From Lytechinus pictus (lineage: Eukaryota): a DNA stretch of 64,000 nt. Both the position numbers and the translations under genes were made by a program. Of the stretch, positions 55,701 to 62,872 are shown one piece after another (the stretch's first letter is position 1; every line of letters starts with the position of its first letter). The notes under the pieces were generated by a model that searched no databases, was not told where the DNA came from, and saw only the letters and a program-made list of their open reading frames with translations. The DNA is taken from assembly GCF_037042905.1 (NCBI RefSeq), contig NC_087263.1, positions 15,564,001 to 15,628,000 of the forward strand, in the 5' to 3' direction.

Positions 55701-58700
55701 TGTAAAAAAAACGGGTGTTTTAAAACGCGTTTTAAAACATGTTTTAAAACACACCGTTTAAAACGTGCCAACCCTGACTTGAATGGTAACAATAATTCAC
55801 CACTCAATATATTCATACCACACTGATCATGTTAACAAGTAGCAAAAAAATTACTGTCCTCTGATTTTTGTCTCGCCTGCATAGCAGAGCGAGACTATAG
55901 GCGCCGCTTTTCCGACGGCGACGGCGGCGGCGGCGGCGGCGTCAACATCAAATCTTAACCTAAGGTTAAGTTTTTGAAATGACATCATAACTTAGAAAGT
56001 ATATGGACCTAGTTCATGAAACTTGGACATAAGGTTAATCAAGTATTACTGAACATCCTGCTTGAGTTTCAGGTCACATGACTAAGGTCAAAGGTCATTT
56101 AGGGTCAATGAACTTAGACCATGTTGGGAGAATTATTTTCAAAATCTTAACCGAAGGTTAAGTTTTTGAAATGACATCATAACTTAGAAAGTATATGGAC
56201 CTAGTTCATGAAACTTGGGCATAAGGTTAATCAAGTATTAGTGAACATCCTGCCCGAGTTTCAGGTCACATGACCAAGGTCAAAGGTCATTTAGGGTCAA
56301 TGAACTTTGGTCAAGTTGGGGGTATTTGTTGAATTACTATCATAACTTTGAAAATTTATGGATCTAGTTCATGAAACTTGGACATAAGGTTAATCAAGTA
56401 TTAGTGAACATCCTTCCTGAGTCTCAGGTCACATGGCCAAGGTCAAAGGTCATTTAGGGTCAATGAACTTTGGCCAAGTTGGGGGTATTTGTTGAATTAC
56501 CTTCATAACTTTGAAAATTTATGGATCTAGTTCATGAAACTTGGACATAAGGTTAATCAAGTATTAGTGAACATCCTTCCTGAGTCTCAGGTCACATGGC
56601 CAAGGTCAAAGGTCATTTAGGGTCAATGAACTTTGGCCAAGTTGGGGGTATTAGTTGAATTACCTTCATAACTTTGAAAATTTATGGATCTAGTTCATGA
56701 AACTTGGACATTAGGTTAATCAAGTACCACTGAATATCCTGTGCGAGTTTCAATTCACATGACCATGGTCAATGAACTTTGGCCGTGTTGGGGGTCTTTG
56801 TTAAATTACCATCCTAACTCTGAAGGTTTATGGATCTAGTTCATAAAACTTGGACATAAGAGTAATCGAGTATCACTGAACATCCTGTACGAGTTTCAGG
56901 TCACATGACCATGGTCAAAGGTCATTTAAGGTCAATGAACTTTGGCCGTGTTGGGGGTATTTGTTGAATTACCATCCTAACTCTGAAGTTTATGGATCTA
57001 TTTCATAAAACTTGGGATATAAGAGTAATCAAGTATCACTAAATATCCCCTATGAGTTTCAGGTCACAAAACCAAGGTCAAAGGTCAGTTAAGGTCAATA
57101 AACTTAGGCCATGTTGGGGTAATTGTTGAATTGCCATCATAACTTTGAAAGTTTATGGAAAGAGTGAATGAAATGTGGACATGGGTGTATTTGACAAGTC
57201 TTAAGTCACCGTTCAAATGTCATCTATGGTCAATGAACGTGGTATTATGTCATTATATGAATGGTGTTTTTGTGAATGATTATTTTATAGTAGTTTTCAA
57301 AGTTAGCACTGCTGCTATATTAAATTGCGTAATGCAGGCGAGACTGCCAGAGGCGTTCCACTTGTTTCTTCTCTGTATCAAATGTAAAACAAAATGGGGG
57401 GAAGCGCATTCATCCATGCAGGGCCCTTACTATGGAATTCCCTCCCACAAGAGATCCGAGATAGCAAGAGTGTTGAAACATTGAAGATTAAGCTAAAAAC
57501 TTACCTCTTTCACTCATTTTATCAATTATTTTCTGTTACTTGTAATTTTGTTGGCCCCCCCTTCACTAGTGCGCCTTGAGCATCTCTTACGAGATGGATA
57601 TGGCGCCTAACAAATTGCATATATTATTATTATTATGAATAAAGTTATAGGCTAATTAATTATCTATATTATTGATTGTTATCTTAATATGTATATATGT
57701 AAAACTAGTCAAAGAGTTGGTCATTTTACTCTCTCTTTGATAACAGTGTTTTCTTTCTTCTGTTTGTCATCTGCCCTAAAGGAACTACTATCGGCATGGA
57801 CATCGGCGATGACTTCACCAGCACGCAATTCACCGTTGTTTGGAATATACCGACCGGGGACTTCAACCAGTTCTACGTTCGATACACCCCTTACGATCCA
57901 ACCCACCCCAACGCGCAGCAGGATCTGCGAATCATCTCTGTGAGCTCATTGGGTGGGGCATCCCAGGGGACTCTGCTTATCTACGGCCTCGTGCCCGGAG
58001 AGCTGTACAACGTCAATGTGCAGACGGGAAAGAATGGTGAACCTACTGATGATGGCTTTGGGACAATATCATTCAGAACACGTAAGATCGATCATGAAAT
58101 AGTTACTTATTTCTATCAAGGCTACTCCAGAAAGACTAATATTAGTCTCTGTTGTTACGCCAACTCTTAGACAGACTATTCATTATGTATAATGTACAAA
58201 TACAATGTATACCATAGCAGAGAATTATTCATCCAAGGTTTAGACTGGTATTCACAGATGAAAATTGTTGTGTTGCCACTCCAACCAAGAGGAATGATTC
58301 CCACTAATACTTTGTGGCCATGGTTCTTACCACATTGCTGTACGGCTGTGAAACATGGACAGTATATCGGCGCCATGCCAGGAAGTTGAACCATTTCCAC
58401 ACCACCTGTCTGAGAAAGCTTCTTGGCATCAAGTGGCAAGACAGGATACCAGACACTGAGGTCCTCACTCGTGCGAACCTGCCCAGCATTTACACCGTCC
58501 TGATGCAGTCTCAGCTCCGGTGGGCAGGACATGTAGTTCGCATGCCGGACGAACGTCTTCCAAAGAAACTTCTGTTTGGCGAGCTCCAGGAAGGAAGACG
58601 CTCTCATGGAGGCCCAAAGAAGCGCTTCAAAGACACACTAAAAGAATCACTTAAGTCTTTTAACATCAACCATGACACATGGGAACAGAAAGCCCAAGAC

Positions 58701-61700
58701 AGAGGAGCATGGCAAACAGCTGTACATAAGGGTGCTGAAGCATATGAGGCCAATAGGACCGTAGTGGCCGTAGCCCGCAGGCAGGCCAGGAAGGCAAGGA
58801 CCGCCAACCCTGTAGCAGCAGCCAATATTCCCTGTCCACACTGCCAGAGACTATTTAGGGCACAGATTGGCCTGACTAGCCATCTGCGGACCCATCAAGC
58901 TAATGATTAAACCCCAGGATGATTAGATGGTCCTCGTCGCATCGACGGACAAACAGAGAGAAGAAGTGCCTGGTATATTTGTTTTACATCCCTTGAGTTT
59001 GAATGATTAATCTTGGAAATCTGTAGCCCTAGTTGGGCCATGTCCCTGTTTGAGACCAAATTTATTAAGCCACTTCGCTTGGCGGAACTTGCTACATGTA
59101 AGTGTTTGTGCCTTTAAATTAAAGGAGTTGCCCGGGAGGGACTATTGGCTGTTCAGTGTGTCTAAGACTTGACGAGAGCTTAGAACTTCTTTTCACTTTG
59201 TTTCCTGGGCAGAACTGCATGCTCAATGGAATAGACAGCACTCTGGCAGTGAAGTAATCTTTCATCACCTGAGCATCACTTGACTATTCATTTATTTAGG
59301 ATACTAATATTCTCTTGAAGGGATATACAAATGAAATATAGGCATTCAGAGCACATAAGATTGATCATGAAAACCATCATATTGCCTATCAATTCCATGT
59401 AGAAGATGGTTTCTTTATTAAAGTCAGGTCCCCTTCCTAGAGAATTGTGTTCCCCCAAAAATAATGTATTTGTATGAGGGGATTATTTTCAGCATTTTGA
59501 TGATGATCCATATATTATTGTATTAACTCTAGCTCCATTACCAGTGACGGATGCCGTTGTAGTCGAGCGTGGACCATATTCCCTCTCCCTCGACTGGAGC
59601 GATGTCAACTCTGTCGATGTTGAGTACCGAATCACATACGAACCAGAGGAAGGAGCGCTTTTCGAAGACGCAGACGCCACGCAAGCTCTTCCGTCCAATC
59701 AGGTGTCAGGATCTCAAGTTGTAGCTCGAAGCTTGGCCCCCGGTAAAGAATACATCTTCATGGTCGAACCTGTGAGTGGAACGGGTTCACCAGAAACTGA
59801 ACAAGCCGGGGAGGCACAGACCGTGGTTGCATACACACGTAAGTTTTGTTCTCTTCTCCTTGATTCTTTAAAATCCTAAAGGTATACAACTTTCATGAGG
59901 CTGAGGTTTTATCATTTTTTTGATCTTCAATTTGGCAATAATTGTGAACTTTCCATTCAATTTCATACTTTGAGTTAAAAAAATGTGGATGTAACTTGAA
60001 TTTGAATTTAATAAATGATAGCAACATCTTAAACTCTGATTTCATTTTGCATCTTCAAACACTAAATGTTGGTGATTCTATGGTGTTGCCAATTTAAAAT
60101 ATGTAATGATGATAGATCTTAAGTTACATAGCTTTTATACGGGAGTAGCTTTTATACGGGAGTGGCACCACGTATGATTTACGTGAATATGTGTCAGTGG
60201 GGAAAAATTTATTCTTGTGGACTTGACTCTGAACTTCTAGCCTAGCCTTGTCTAATCTACATAGTCAGTAATATTTATGAGAGTCATGAATATTTATATT
60301 CATGAATATGGATAAGATTCATGCAATCCTGTTTTGCATATAACCACAGAGTCCTAAGATTTTGATTGATACCCGTTTCTTGGTGTTCACACTTTTGTGG
60401 AATATACTGAGACATGAATGTTTATAATAGTTAAAGGGATGGTCCAGGCTGAAAATATTTATATCTTAATACATAGAGTAGAATTCACTGAGCAAAATGC
60501 CGATAATTTCATCAAAATCAGATGACAAATAATAAAGTTATTGAAGTTTAAAGTTTAGCAATATTTTGTGAAAACAGTCGTCATGAATATACATTAGGTG
60601 GGCTGATGATGTCACATCTCCACTTTCCGTTTTCTGATGCTATGACATAAAATCTTAATTTTTTCATTATTTCATACATGTACTTGTGTGAATAATATGT
60701 CTCCCTTATAATGAAATAAGTTGCAGCAATAAATATCTAATGCACTAAATCAGTTGTCAATCCAATTTTTCTAGTTCTTGGAGGAAAAAAATTGAATAAA
60801 CCTAATTTCATATAATAAAATACAAAAGAACAAGTGGAGATGTGACATCATCAGCCCACCTAATGATATCCATGATGACTGTTTTCACAAAATATTGCTA
60901 AACTTTAAAATTCAATAACTTTGTTATTTGTTATCCGATTTTGATGAAATTTTTGGCATTTTGCTCAGTGAATTCTACTCTGTTTATTAAGCTATACATA
61001 CTTTCAGCCCGGACCATCCCTTTAAAAGTTTGTGGACAGAATCATGAATATTTATATTTATTAATTTTTTTGGAAAAGAACCACTGAGTCCTCAGAATCC
61101 CATTGAGACTGGTGTTAGTGTCGAGGTCTTGACACTATGTAGTCATGAATATTTATAACTTTTATAAATGTTTTGCACAGAACCTCTGAGTCCTCAGAAT
61201 CTCATTGTGACTGATGTTGAGGTCGAGGCATTCACTATTTCCTGGAGTCTGCCACCAGAAATCAACTACCCAATTGCTTACTACTTACTGGACTTGAATC
61301 CGGACGAGCCCATGTTCCCTTTACGTGAGTATTGCTTAAAGTGACAAAATTTGATGTGATGACGGTGTTAATCGCAGCATTTGTGTGATGCAGTCTTTTT
61401 GTAAAAAAAATCAAAGGTGTAATATTCAGAAATGCCACATTTCTGCTATTTTTCTTTTTAAAAAATGCCTGACTTTCTTTTGATTAAGAGGAAGGTACAG
61501 TACTCTGGATGGATGATACATGTATCTTATTATAAGATGTTGCAGTAAATAGACTTTTTATTTTTCCCAGAATGCCACAAATCATACGTGCCCCCGCCTT
61601 GAACCCCTTCCGGGTCACTGCCCCTGCGCCACATCTGCACTGCTGGGGCTTAATTTCCCCATCAAACATATTCAGATCTTTTAAGGAGACTTAATGTCAT

Positions 61701-62065
61701 ATCAGAAGTTAATGATGTTATGTTGATGTTGATGTTGAGGACGCTGATGATAATGGTAATGGAGACAATGATAATGATTATAGTTATGCTGGTAAACAAG
61801 GTTGTAATAATGATATTAAGAATGAGAGTAGTGATAATAAATATGAAAATGACTGCATCAATGATGAAAAAATGAAATAAGAAGAAAAGAACAGGAAGAA
61901 AAAAAACAAAAACAAGAAGAAAGGAGCAAAACACAAAGAAGATGAAGAACAGGAGAAGGAAGAGGAAGCAGAAGACATAAAGAGGTAGAAAAAGGAGAAG
62001 AAGAAGAAGTAGAAAAAGGAGAAGAAGAAGAAGAAGTAGAAGTAGAAGAAGAAGGAGAAGAGGAA

Positions 62066-62138
<73 letters not shown>

Positions 62139-62210
62139 GTGATGATGATGGTGATGATGATGAGGATGATGATGAAGATGATGATGATGATGATGATGGT
62201 GATGATGGTG

Positions 62211-62242
<32 letters not shown>

Positions 62243-62354
62243 GATGATGGTGATGATGATGTTGATGATGATGATGATGATGGTGATGATGATGGTGATG
62301 ATGATGAGGATGATGATGAAGATGATGATGATGATGATGATGGTGATGATGGTG

Positions 62355-62408
<54 letters not shown>

Positions 62409-62448
62409 GTGTTGATGATGGTGGTGATGATGATGATGATGGTGGTGG

Positions 62449-62492
<44 letters not shown>

Positions 62493-62872
62493 AGGAAAGG
62501 ATAAATTAGAAGAAGTAAAAAAGAAGACAAAAAGGAAGAAGGAGAAGAAGAGGAAGAAAGAAAAGATGAGGAGGATGAAGGAGAAGAAGGGAAGGAATAA
62601 AAATGCTAAGAGGAGGAGGAAGAATAATATACTCAAAGATACTCATGATGATAGTAATAAACCTAATATTTTTTTCAGATGTGTGCACCATAATGTTTGT
62701 TATATTCTATATTTATCAATTATAGGTATTAACAGCTCAAGAGAGGAATGGGAAGTCCACGATGGCCTTGTTTCTGGAAGGGAATACCAAGCCTCCATGC
62801 GATCAGTTATCATCGATGCAGACAACCAGCTAATAGCCAGTGAACCTGTCACATCAGCATTTTTCTTATTAG
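1..62872 (+). CDS. Internal part of a giant multi-exon gene for an FN3-repeat protein (tenascin/fibronectin/R3 receptor-PTP ectodomain-like); 39 exons, 29 FN3 domains, about 2,600 aa here; both ends lie outside the window
   Basis: Exons are bounded by AG/GT and join in one open frame. Each complete domain is a multiple of 3 nt with phase-1 boundaries. FN3 signatures recur: strand-B W, strand-C Y, L-x-P-x-T-x-Y. Confidence 0.9.
718..874 (+). CDS. Exon, FN3 #1 second half
   Basis: cag|TPIMEELLAADETSFSVEGLQPNTSYYFNLTA...IFTT|gtaaga. Confidence 0.85.
1698..1955 (+). CDS. Exon, FN3 #2
   Basis: tag|AVPEQTVVSGSITCDTIKIFWSP...ELDAATEYTISV...VQT|gtaag; 258 nt. Confidence 0.85.
2767..2900 (+). CDS. 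Exon, FN3 #3 first half
   Basis: cag|PNGPGSITVSDTTTTTIEITWAPP...GLPR|gtaagt. Confidence 0.85.
2909..3303. mobile_element. Palindromic MITE of about 395 bp
   Basis: Long inverted arms, e.g. gataccatattttggtagagcatgatgaaaaac / gtttttcatcatgctctaccaaaatatggtatc. Confidence 0.75.
4367..4517 (+). CDS. Exon, FN3 #3 second half
   Basis: cag|EYDEIPRSEERRLSITGLDADVLYTIEI...DART|gtaagt. Confidence 0.85.
4554..5199. mobile_element. Palindromic MITE, same family as 60435-61021
   Basis: ggatgctccaggctga...tcagcctggagtatcc arms; shared internal sequence. Confidence 0.75.
5487..5735 (+). CDS. Exon, FN3 #4
   Basis: tag|ALDEGQITVTAFTTNSITVIF...MLTPGVNYAITL...EQRT|gtaagt. Confidence 0.85.
6602..6880 (+). 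CDS. Exon, FN3 #5
   Basis: cag|PVPPSIVLTPTSTVTSFEVVWNLP...ELLPGTEYSIQL...GMT|gtaagg; this frame is not in the ORF track. Confidence 0.85.
7848..8105 (+). CDS. Exon, FN3 #6
   Basis: tag|SLSALKVIYIDRTTDSLEVAWG...LQAGQLYNVSV...AVRT|gtagg. Confidence 0.85.
8878..9062 (+). CDS. Exon, FN3 #7 first part
   Basis: tag|PFAVRGLELAGDPSSISFAISWIQP...QLLIE|gtgagc. Confidence 0.85.
9352..9536. mobile_element. Short palindromic MITE family (also about 26924-27107, 27200-27370, 9862-10025, 380-438)
   Basis: gtttcataaagctgttcgtaagttaagagcgacttta...taaagtcgctcttaacttacgaac arms. Confidence 0.7.
9755..9860 (+). CDS. Exon, FN3 #7 second part
   Basis: cag|DLDPNREYIVSVYAVAG...DVST|gtagg. Confidence 0.85.
10196..10357 (+). 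CDS. Exon, FN3 #8 first part
   Basis: aag|SLDPLALETYSLTETTIGVAFGP...TNIPI|gtaaga. Confidence 0.8.
10368..10837. mobile_element. MITE with imperfect TIRs
   Basis: tatgacccacc...aataagtaacc / ggtgacttatt...gcaggtcata. Confidence 0.55.
11331..13650 (-). mobile_element. Decayed 5'-truncated non-LTR retrotransposon, CR1/L2 group (Crack/Daphne-like) RT pseudogene
   Basis: Minus-strand ORFs 13370-13618, 12646-13365 (NYRPISLL, QFGFR, FLDFSKAFDTV, GVPQGSLLGPLLFILYIND), 12338-12544 and 12056-12313, broken by frameshifts; (TGAAC)n tail at about 11331-11350. Confidence 0.9.
13987..14097 (+). CDS. Exon, FN3 #8 second part
   Basis: cag|GSTKYVFTNLIPGTLYIAQVEV...GIRT|gtaagt. Confidence 0.85.
14209..14321. 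mobile_element. 113-bp hAT-like MITE
   Basis: CAGTGGCGGACTGTGACC...GGTCACGGTCCGCCACTG; 8-bp TSD atctgatc/atcagatc. Confidence 0.75.
14910..15176 (+). CDS. Exon, FN3 #9
   Basis: tag|PLQASNFRDTMVTADEISLSWTP...NLASATEY...SVTT|gtaagt. Confidence 0.9.
15759..16022 (+). CDS. Exon, FN3 #10
   Basis: cag|SALLTLQQSPDPSTDVVVDWD...GLNPGSQYVFTL...HIT|gtaggt. Confidence 0.85.
16581..16830. mobile_element. GGGCCC-terminated MITE family, Harbinger-like (also about 1995-2268, 16831-16960, 40385-40651)
   Basis: gggccccgtcttacaaagag...gattgatccaatcaa / ...gatcaatc...gggccc, flanked by CWG. Confidence 0.6.
16987..17372 (+). repeat. Tandem repeat of about 160 bp (about 2.4 copies) spanning an acceptor and exon 5' end
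   Basis: ggagccggttgatgtagagattacagatgtgacgacct occurs three times. Confidence 0.9.
17304..17600 (+). CDS. Exon, FN3 #11 (contains RGD)
   Basis: tag|PQEPVDVEITDVTTSSITLSWSPP...YRGDG...GLTPRYDY...DRT|gtaagt. Confidence 0.9.
18341..18441 (+). CDS. Exon, FN3 #12 first part
   Basis: Long pyrimidine tract, tag|FSSDLNIVVKFVNQTSITFEWQLAVGADGYETM|gtaatt. Confidence 0.8.
18591..22834. mobile_element. 4.2-kb non-autonomous DNA transposon, Tc1/mariner-like termini
   Basis: TA|CAGTGCCGTCCGTGGGAAACGTCAC ... GTGACGTTTCCTGCGGCCGGCACTG|TA; imperfect 25-bp TIR, TA duplication, no transposase ORF. Confidence 0.75.
23100..23330 (-). mobile_element. tRNA-derived SINE with CORE-like centre (related pieces at about 46550-46710 -, 5845-6015 +, 7200-7400 -, 53935-54165 -)
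   Basis: Minus strand: tggtgtagcggt A-box, gttcgaatccc B-box, ccactctccacccaggtgttaaatgggtacc. Confidence 0.6.
23369..23525 (+). CDS. Exon, FN3 #12 second part
   Basis: cag|VFDPTSGG...NLVPGRNYQISV...QQRT|gtaaga. Confidence 0.85.
23538..24108. repeat. Compound (GATT/GATG/GATA/GGTT)n microsatellite
   Basis: Direct reading. Confidence 0.95.
24742..24911 (+). CDS. Exon, FN3 #13 first part
   Basis: cag|PNAPSDVSVEPEAAALTLSWDP...SPSPM|gtaaaa. Confidence 0.85.
25370..26640. repeat. Degenerate C/A/T-rich minisatellite (acccacactcacattttccatactctatcccacccac-like)
   Basis: Recurring unit of about 35-40 bp; G strongly depleted on the plus strand. Confidence 0.8.
26718..26829 (+). CDS. Exon, FN3 #13 second part
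   Basis: tag|VRITGLRPLTDYTLTVTSY...ETAT|gtaatt. Confidence 0.85.
27843..28097 (+). CDS. Exon, FN3 #14
   Basis: cag|DYRPAEIVIEEVTTESIRLSWG...NLTPGTFYTVTV...ALT|gttggt. Confidence 0.85.
28533..28684. mobile_element. Hairpin MITE of about 150 bp
   Basis: agcaatattgactggcct...gacatatatcgccc / gggcgatatatgtc...aggccagtcaatattgct. Confidence 0.7.
29447..29725 (+). CDS. Exon, FN3 #15
   Basis: cag|PTAPRTLSVDSVSQSIVQVSWS...NLEPDTMYTV...DFTT|gtaagt. Confidence 0.9.
30253..30655 (-). mobile_element. L2-type LINE 3' fragment
   Basis: Minus strand reads an RTFTVASSMEWNKLP-like terminus, with an (ATT)n tail at the left end. Confidence 0.6.
30710..31256. mobile_element. Kolobok-like MITE; related truncated piece at about 110-340
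   Basis: aggggaatcca...tggattcccct|ttaa. Confidence 0.7.
31639..31905 (+). CDS. Exon, FN3 #16
   Basis: tag|PRIINLEQTGRNLRVSWAN...LRRGQTYTF...SYTL|gtaaat. Confidence 0.85.
33186..33470 (+). CDS. Exon, FN3 #17
   Basis: aag|PSRPQFTLSRPFPSIVRF...DACPEIELSGLIPDTDYQV...TFTT|gtgagt. Confidence 0.85.
33603..34566 (+). mobile_element. Helentron/DINE-1-like non-autonomous element (HINE), 4 core repeats
   Basis: T-run, subTIR gtctcacctgcat with adjacent inverted gtgagac, (GGC)n microsatellite, about 163-192 bp tandem cores, 3' subTIR atgcaggtgagac, end ttccacttgtt. Confidence 0.75.
35153..35386 (+). CDS. Exon, FN3 #18
   Basis: cag|AVTEQGQLSFGELTSSGFTVFWSP...NLSPSTLYTV...NIRT|gtacgt. Confidence 0.85.
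35288..35752 (+). repeat. Tandem repeat of about 160 bp, 3 copies, spanning an exon 3' end and donor
   Basis: aagtgatcc...agcaac...catcagaacac...ttaccccaaggttg repeated. Confidence 0.9.
35789..36793 (+). mobile_element. HINE-like element, about 5 core repeats
   Basis: Same termini (tctcgcctgcat...caggcgagac) and core unit as the 33603 copy. Confidence 0.75.
37178..37504. mobile_element. MITE with CAGG(C/G)TTCCCAC TIRs and internal AAAGTCA(T/G)GGAA repeats
   Basis: caggcttcccaca...tgtgggaaccctg. Confidence 0.65.
37566..37666 (+). CDS. Exon, FN3 #19 first part
   Basis: tag|PHAPSSLVATQVLDTSIQLSWTHSFDNNVARYE|gtaggt. Confidence 0.85.
38085..39095. repeat. (GAT)n microsatellite with higher-order unit gactgagaatgatggtagtgataaggacaattgtat (4 copies)
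   Basis: Direct reading. Confidence 0.95.
39190..39642 (+). mobile_element. L2-type LINE 3' fragment
   Basis: GQRSFSYAA...WN.L...LKTHLF remnant and (TAT)n tail. Confidence 0.6.
40196..40373 (+). CDS. Exon, FN3 #19 second part
   Basis: tag|ICYSPAEESASP...TLTGLDPDTIYIISI...FATT|gtgagt. Confidence 0.85.
41144..41434 (+). CDS. Exon, FN3 #20
   Basis: tag|ADTTIPVASNFEVTTTQAADHVIVLGWDLP...ALADTVYEF...GQI|gtaaac. Confidence 0.85.
42205..42453 (+). CDS. Exon, FN3 #21
   Basis: cag|VDNLIVVIGERTTTSLEVLWG...GLSPGTEYTVTV...TAST|gtaagt. Confidence 0.9.
43911..44207 (+). CDS. Exon, FN3 #22
   Basis: tag|HEPNGLSVMVTDQSASMIHLTI...SACPELWVKNLEPDTLYDV...STST|gtaagc. Confidence 0.85.
44672..44926 (+). CDS. 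Exon, FN3 #23
   Basis: cag|AAAPLEISVIELGTDSMTVSWQ...VPGTAYTITV...IQLT|gtaagt. Confidence 0.9.
45410..45534 (+). CDS. Exon, FN3 #24 first part
   Basis: cag|PAIVTDLDVTEFKLALDVTWSVPSTGNYDGYRVCHYPRGTL|gtgagt. Confidence 0.85.
45597..45850 (+). mobile_element. SINE fragment resembling the Deu/Nin domain
   Basis: gtccctcggataggacattaaatggaggcccc...gcacattaagaaccc motif and (AAT)n tail; family assignment from recall. Confidence 0.45.
46193..46328 (+). CDS. Exon, FN3 #24 second part
   Basis: cag|SSPHSLDGVTSVNLPGLNTLTYYLVTV...TRQT|gtatgt. Confidence 0.85.
47015..48726. mobile_element. Non-autonomous DNA transposon
   Basis: TIR CAGAGCTGCCAA...TTGGCAGCTCTG, flanking direct repeat CTCTAC, subterminal (A/T)(C/G)GATTTTT repeats. 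Confidence 0.8.
47709..48328 (+). mobile_element. HINE-like element, 2 core repeats, nested in a DNA transposon
   Basis: Termini nearly identical to the 33603 copy. Confidence 0.75.
49138..49231 (+). CDS. Exon, FN3 #25 first part
   Basis: cag|IGDPGDINIAPEDVETESIKITWVTVDTIT(R)|gtaagt, phase 2. Confidence 0.85.
49340..49978 (+). mobile_element. L2-type LINE 3' fragment inserted into a MITE
   Basis: IGKVRRLLDQASTEKLIHAFVSSHLDYCNSL, LHWLPV-like remnant, (TAT)n tail; flanked by ggggtgttgca (about 49278) and tgcaacacccc (about 50140). Confidence 0.8.
50595..50752 (+). CDS. Exon, FN3 #25 second part
   Basis: cag|YTVGGGSQAPQ...FTGLTPGTSYTFFV...EQST|gtaaga; phase matches the upstream exon. Confidence 0.85.
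50677..51382 (+). repeat. Tandem repeat of about 140 bp, 5 copies, spanning an exon 3' end and its splice donor
   Basis: gacaccaggcact...acaa|gtaagattt repeated; donors at 50753, 50893, 51032, 51171 and 51311. Confidence 0.95.
51857..52129 (+). CDS. Exon, FN3 #26
   Basis: tag|PSAIRNLVIAVVTTDSITITWESP...DLLPSTPYTFTV...SRES|gtgagt. Confidence 0.9.
53451..55776. mobile_element. Non-autonomous hAT-like element
   Basis: TIR CAGGGTTG...CAACCCTG, perfect 8-bp TSD ACTTGAAT, subterminal AAACG/CGTTT repeats. Confidence 0.85.
54661..55202. mobile_element. TTAA-flanked MITE (Kolobok-like) nested in the hAT-like element
   Basis: TTAA|AGGTCAAATCCACCCC...GGGGTGGACTTGTCCT|TTAA. Confidence 0.75.
55865..57366 (+). 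mobile_element. HINE-like element, about 7 core repeats
   Basis: Same termini, expanded array of about 163-bp units. Confidence 0.75.
57367..57635 (+). mobile_element. L2-type LINE 3' fragment
   Basis: AFIHAGPLLWNSLPQEIR...LKTYLF and (TAT)n tail. Confidence 0.65.
57782..58081 (+). CDS. Exon, FN3 #27
   Basis: aag|TTIGMDIGDDFTSTQFTVVWNIP...GLVPGELYNVNV...SFRT|gtaaga. Confidence 0.85.
58310..58965 (+). mobile_element. 5'-truncated RTE-clade LINE, C-terminal part of the ORF
   Basis: ORF 58314-58910 with LLYGCETW, QLRWAGHVVRM and a C-terminal CPHC...H...H zinc finger; short 3' UTR and AG-rich tail. Confidence 0.9.
59533..59838 (+). CDS. Exon, FN3 #28
   Basis: tag|PLPVTDAVVVERGPYSLSLDWS...SLAPGKEYIFMV...VAYT|gtaagt. 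Confidence 0.85.
60435..61021. mobile_element. TTAA-flanked palindromic MITE (Kolobok-like)
   Basis: TTAA|AGGGATGGTCC...GGACCATCCCT|TTAA with long inverted arms. Confidence 0.8.
61181..61324 (+). CDS. Exon, FN3 #29 first part
   Basis: cag|PLSPQNLIVTDVEVEAFTISWSLPP...MFPL|gtgagt. Confidence 0.85.
61865..62630. repeat. (GAA)-rich tracts flanking a long (GAT)n microsatellite
   Basis: Direct reading. Confidence 0.95.
62726..62872 (+). CDS. Exon, FN3 #29 second part, probable GC donor
   Basis: tag|INSSREEWEVHDGLVSGREYQASM...SEPVTSAFFLL then AG|GCGAGT. Confidence 0.75.

Noticed and set aside
61662..62636. Poly-His, poly-Ile and poly-Met ORFs
   Set aside because: Translations of (GAT)n and (GAA)n microsatellites within an intron.
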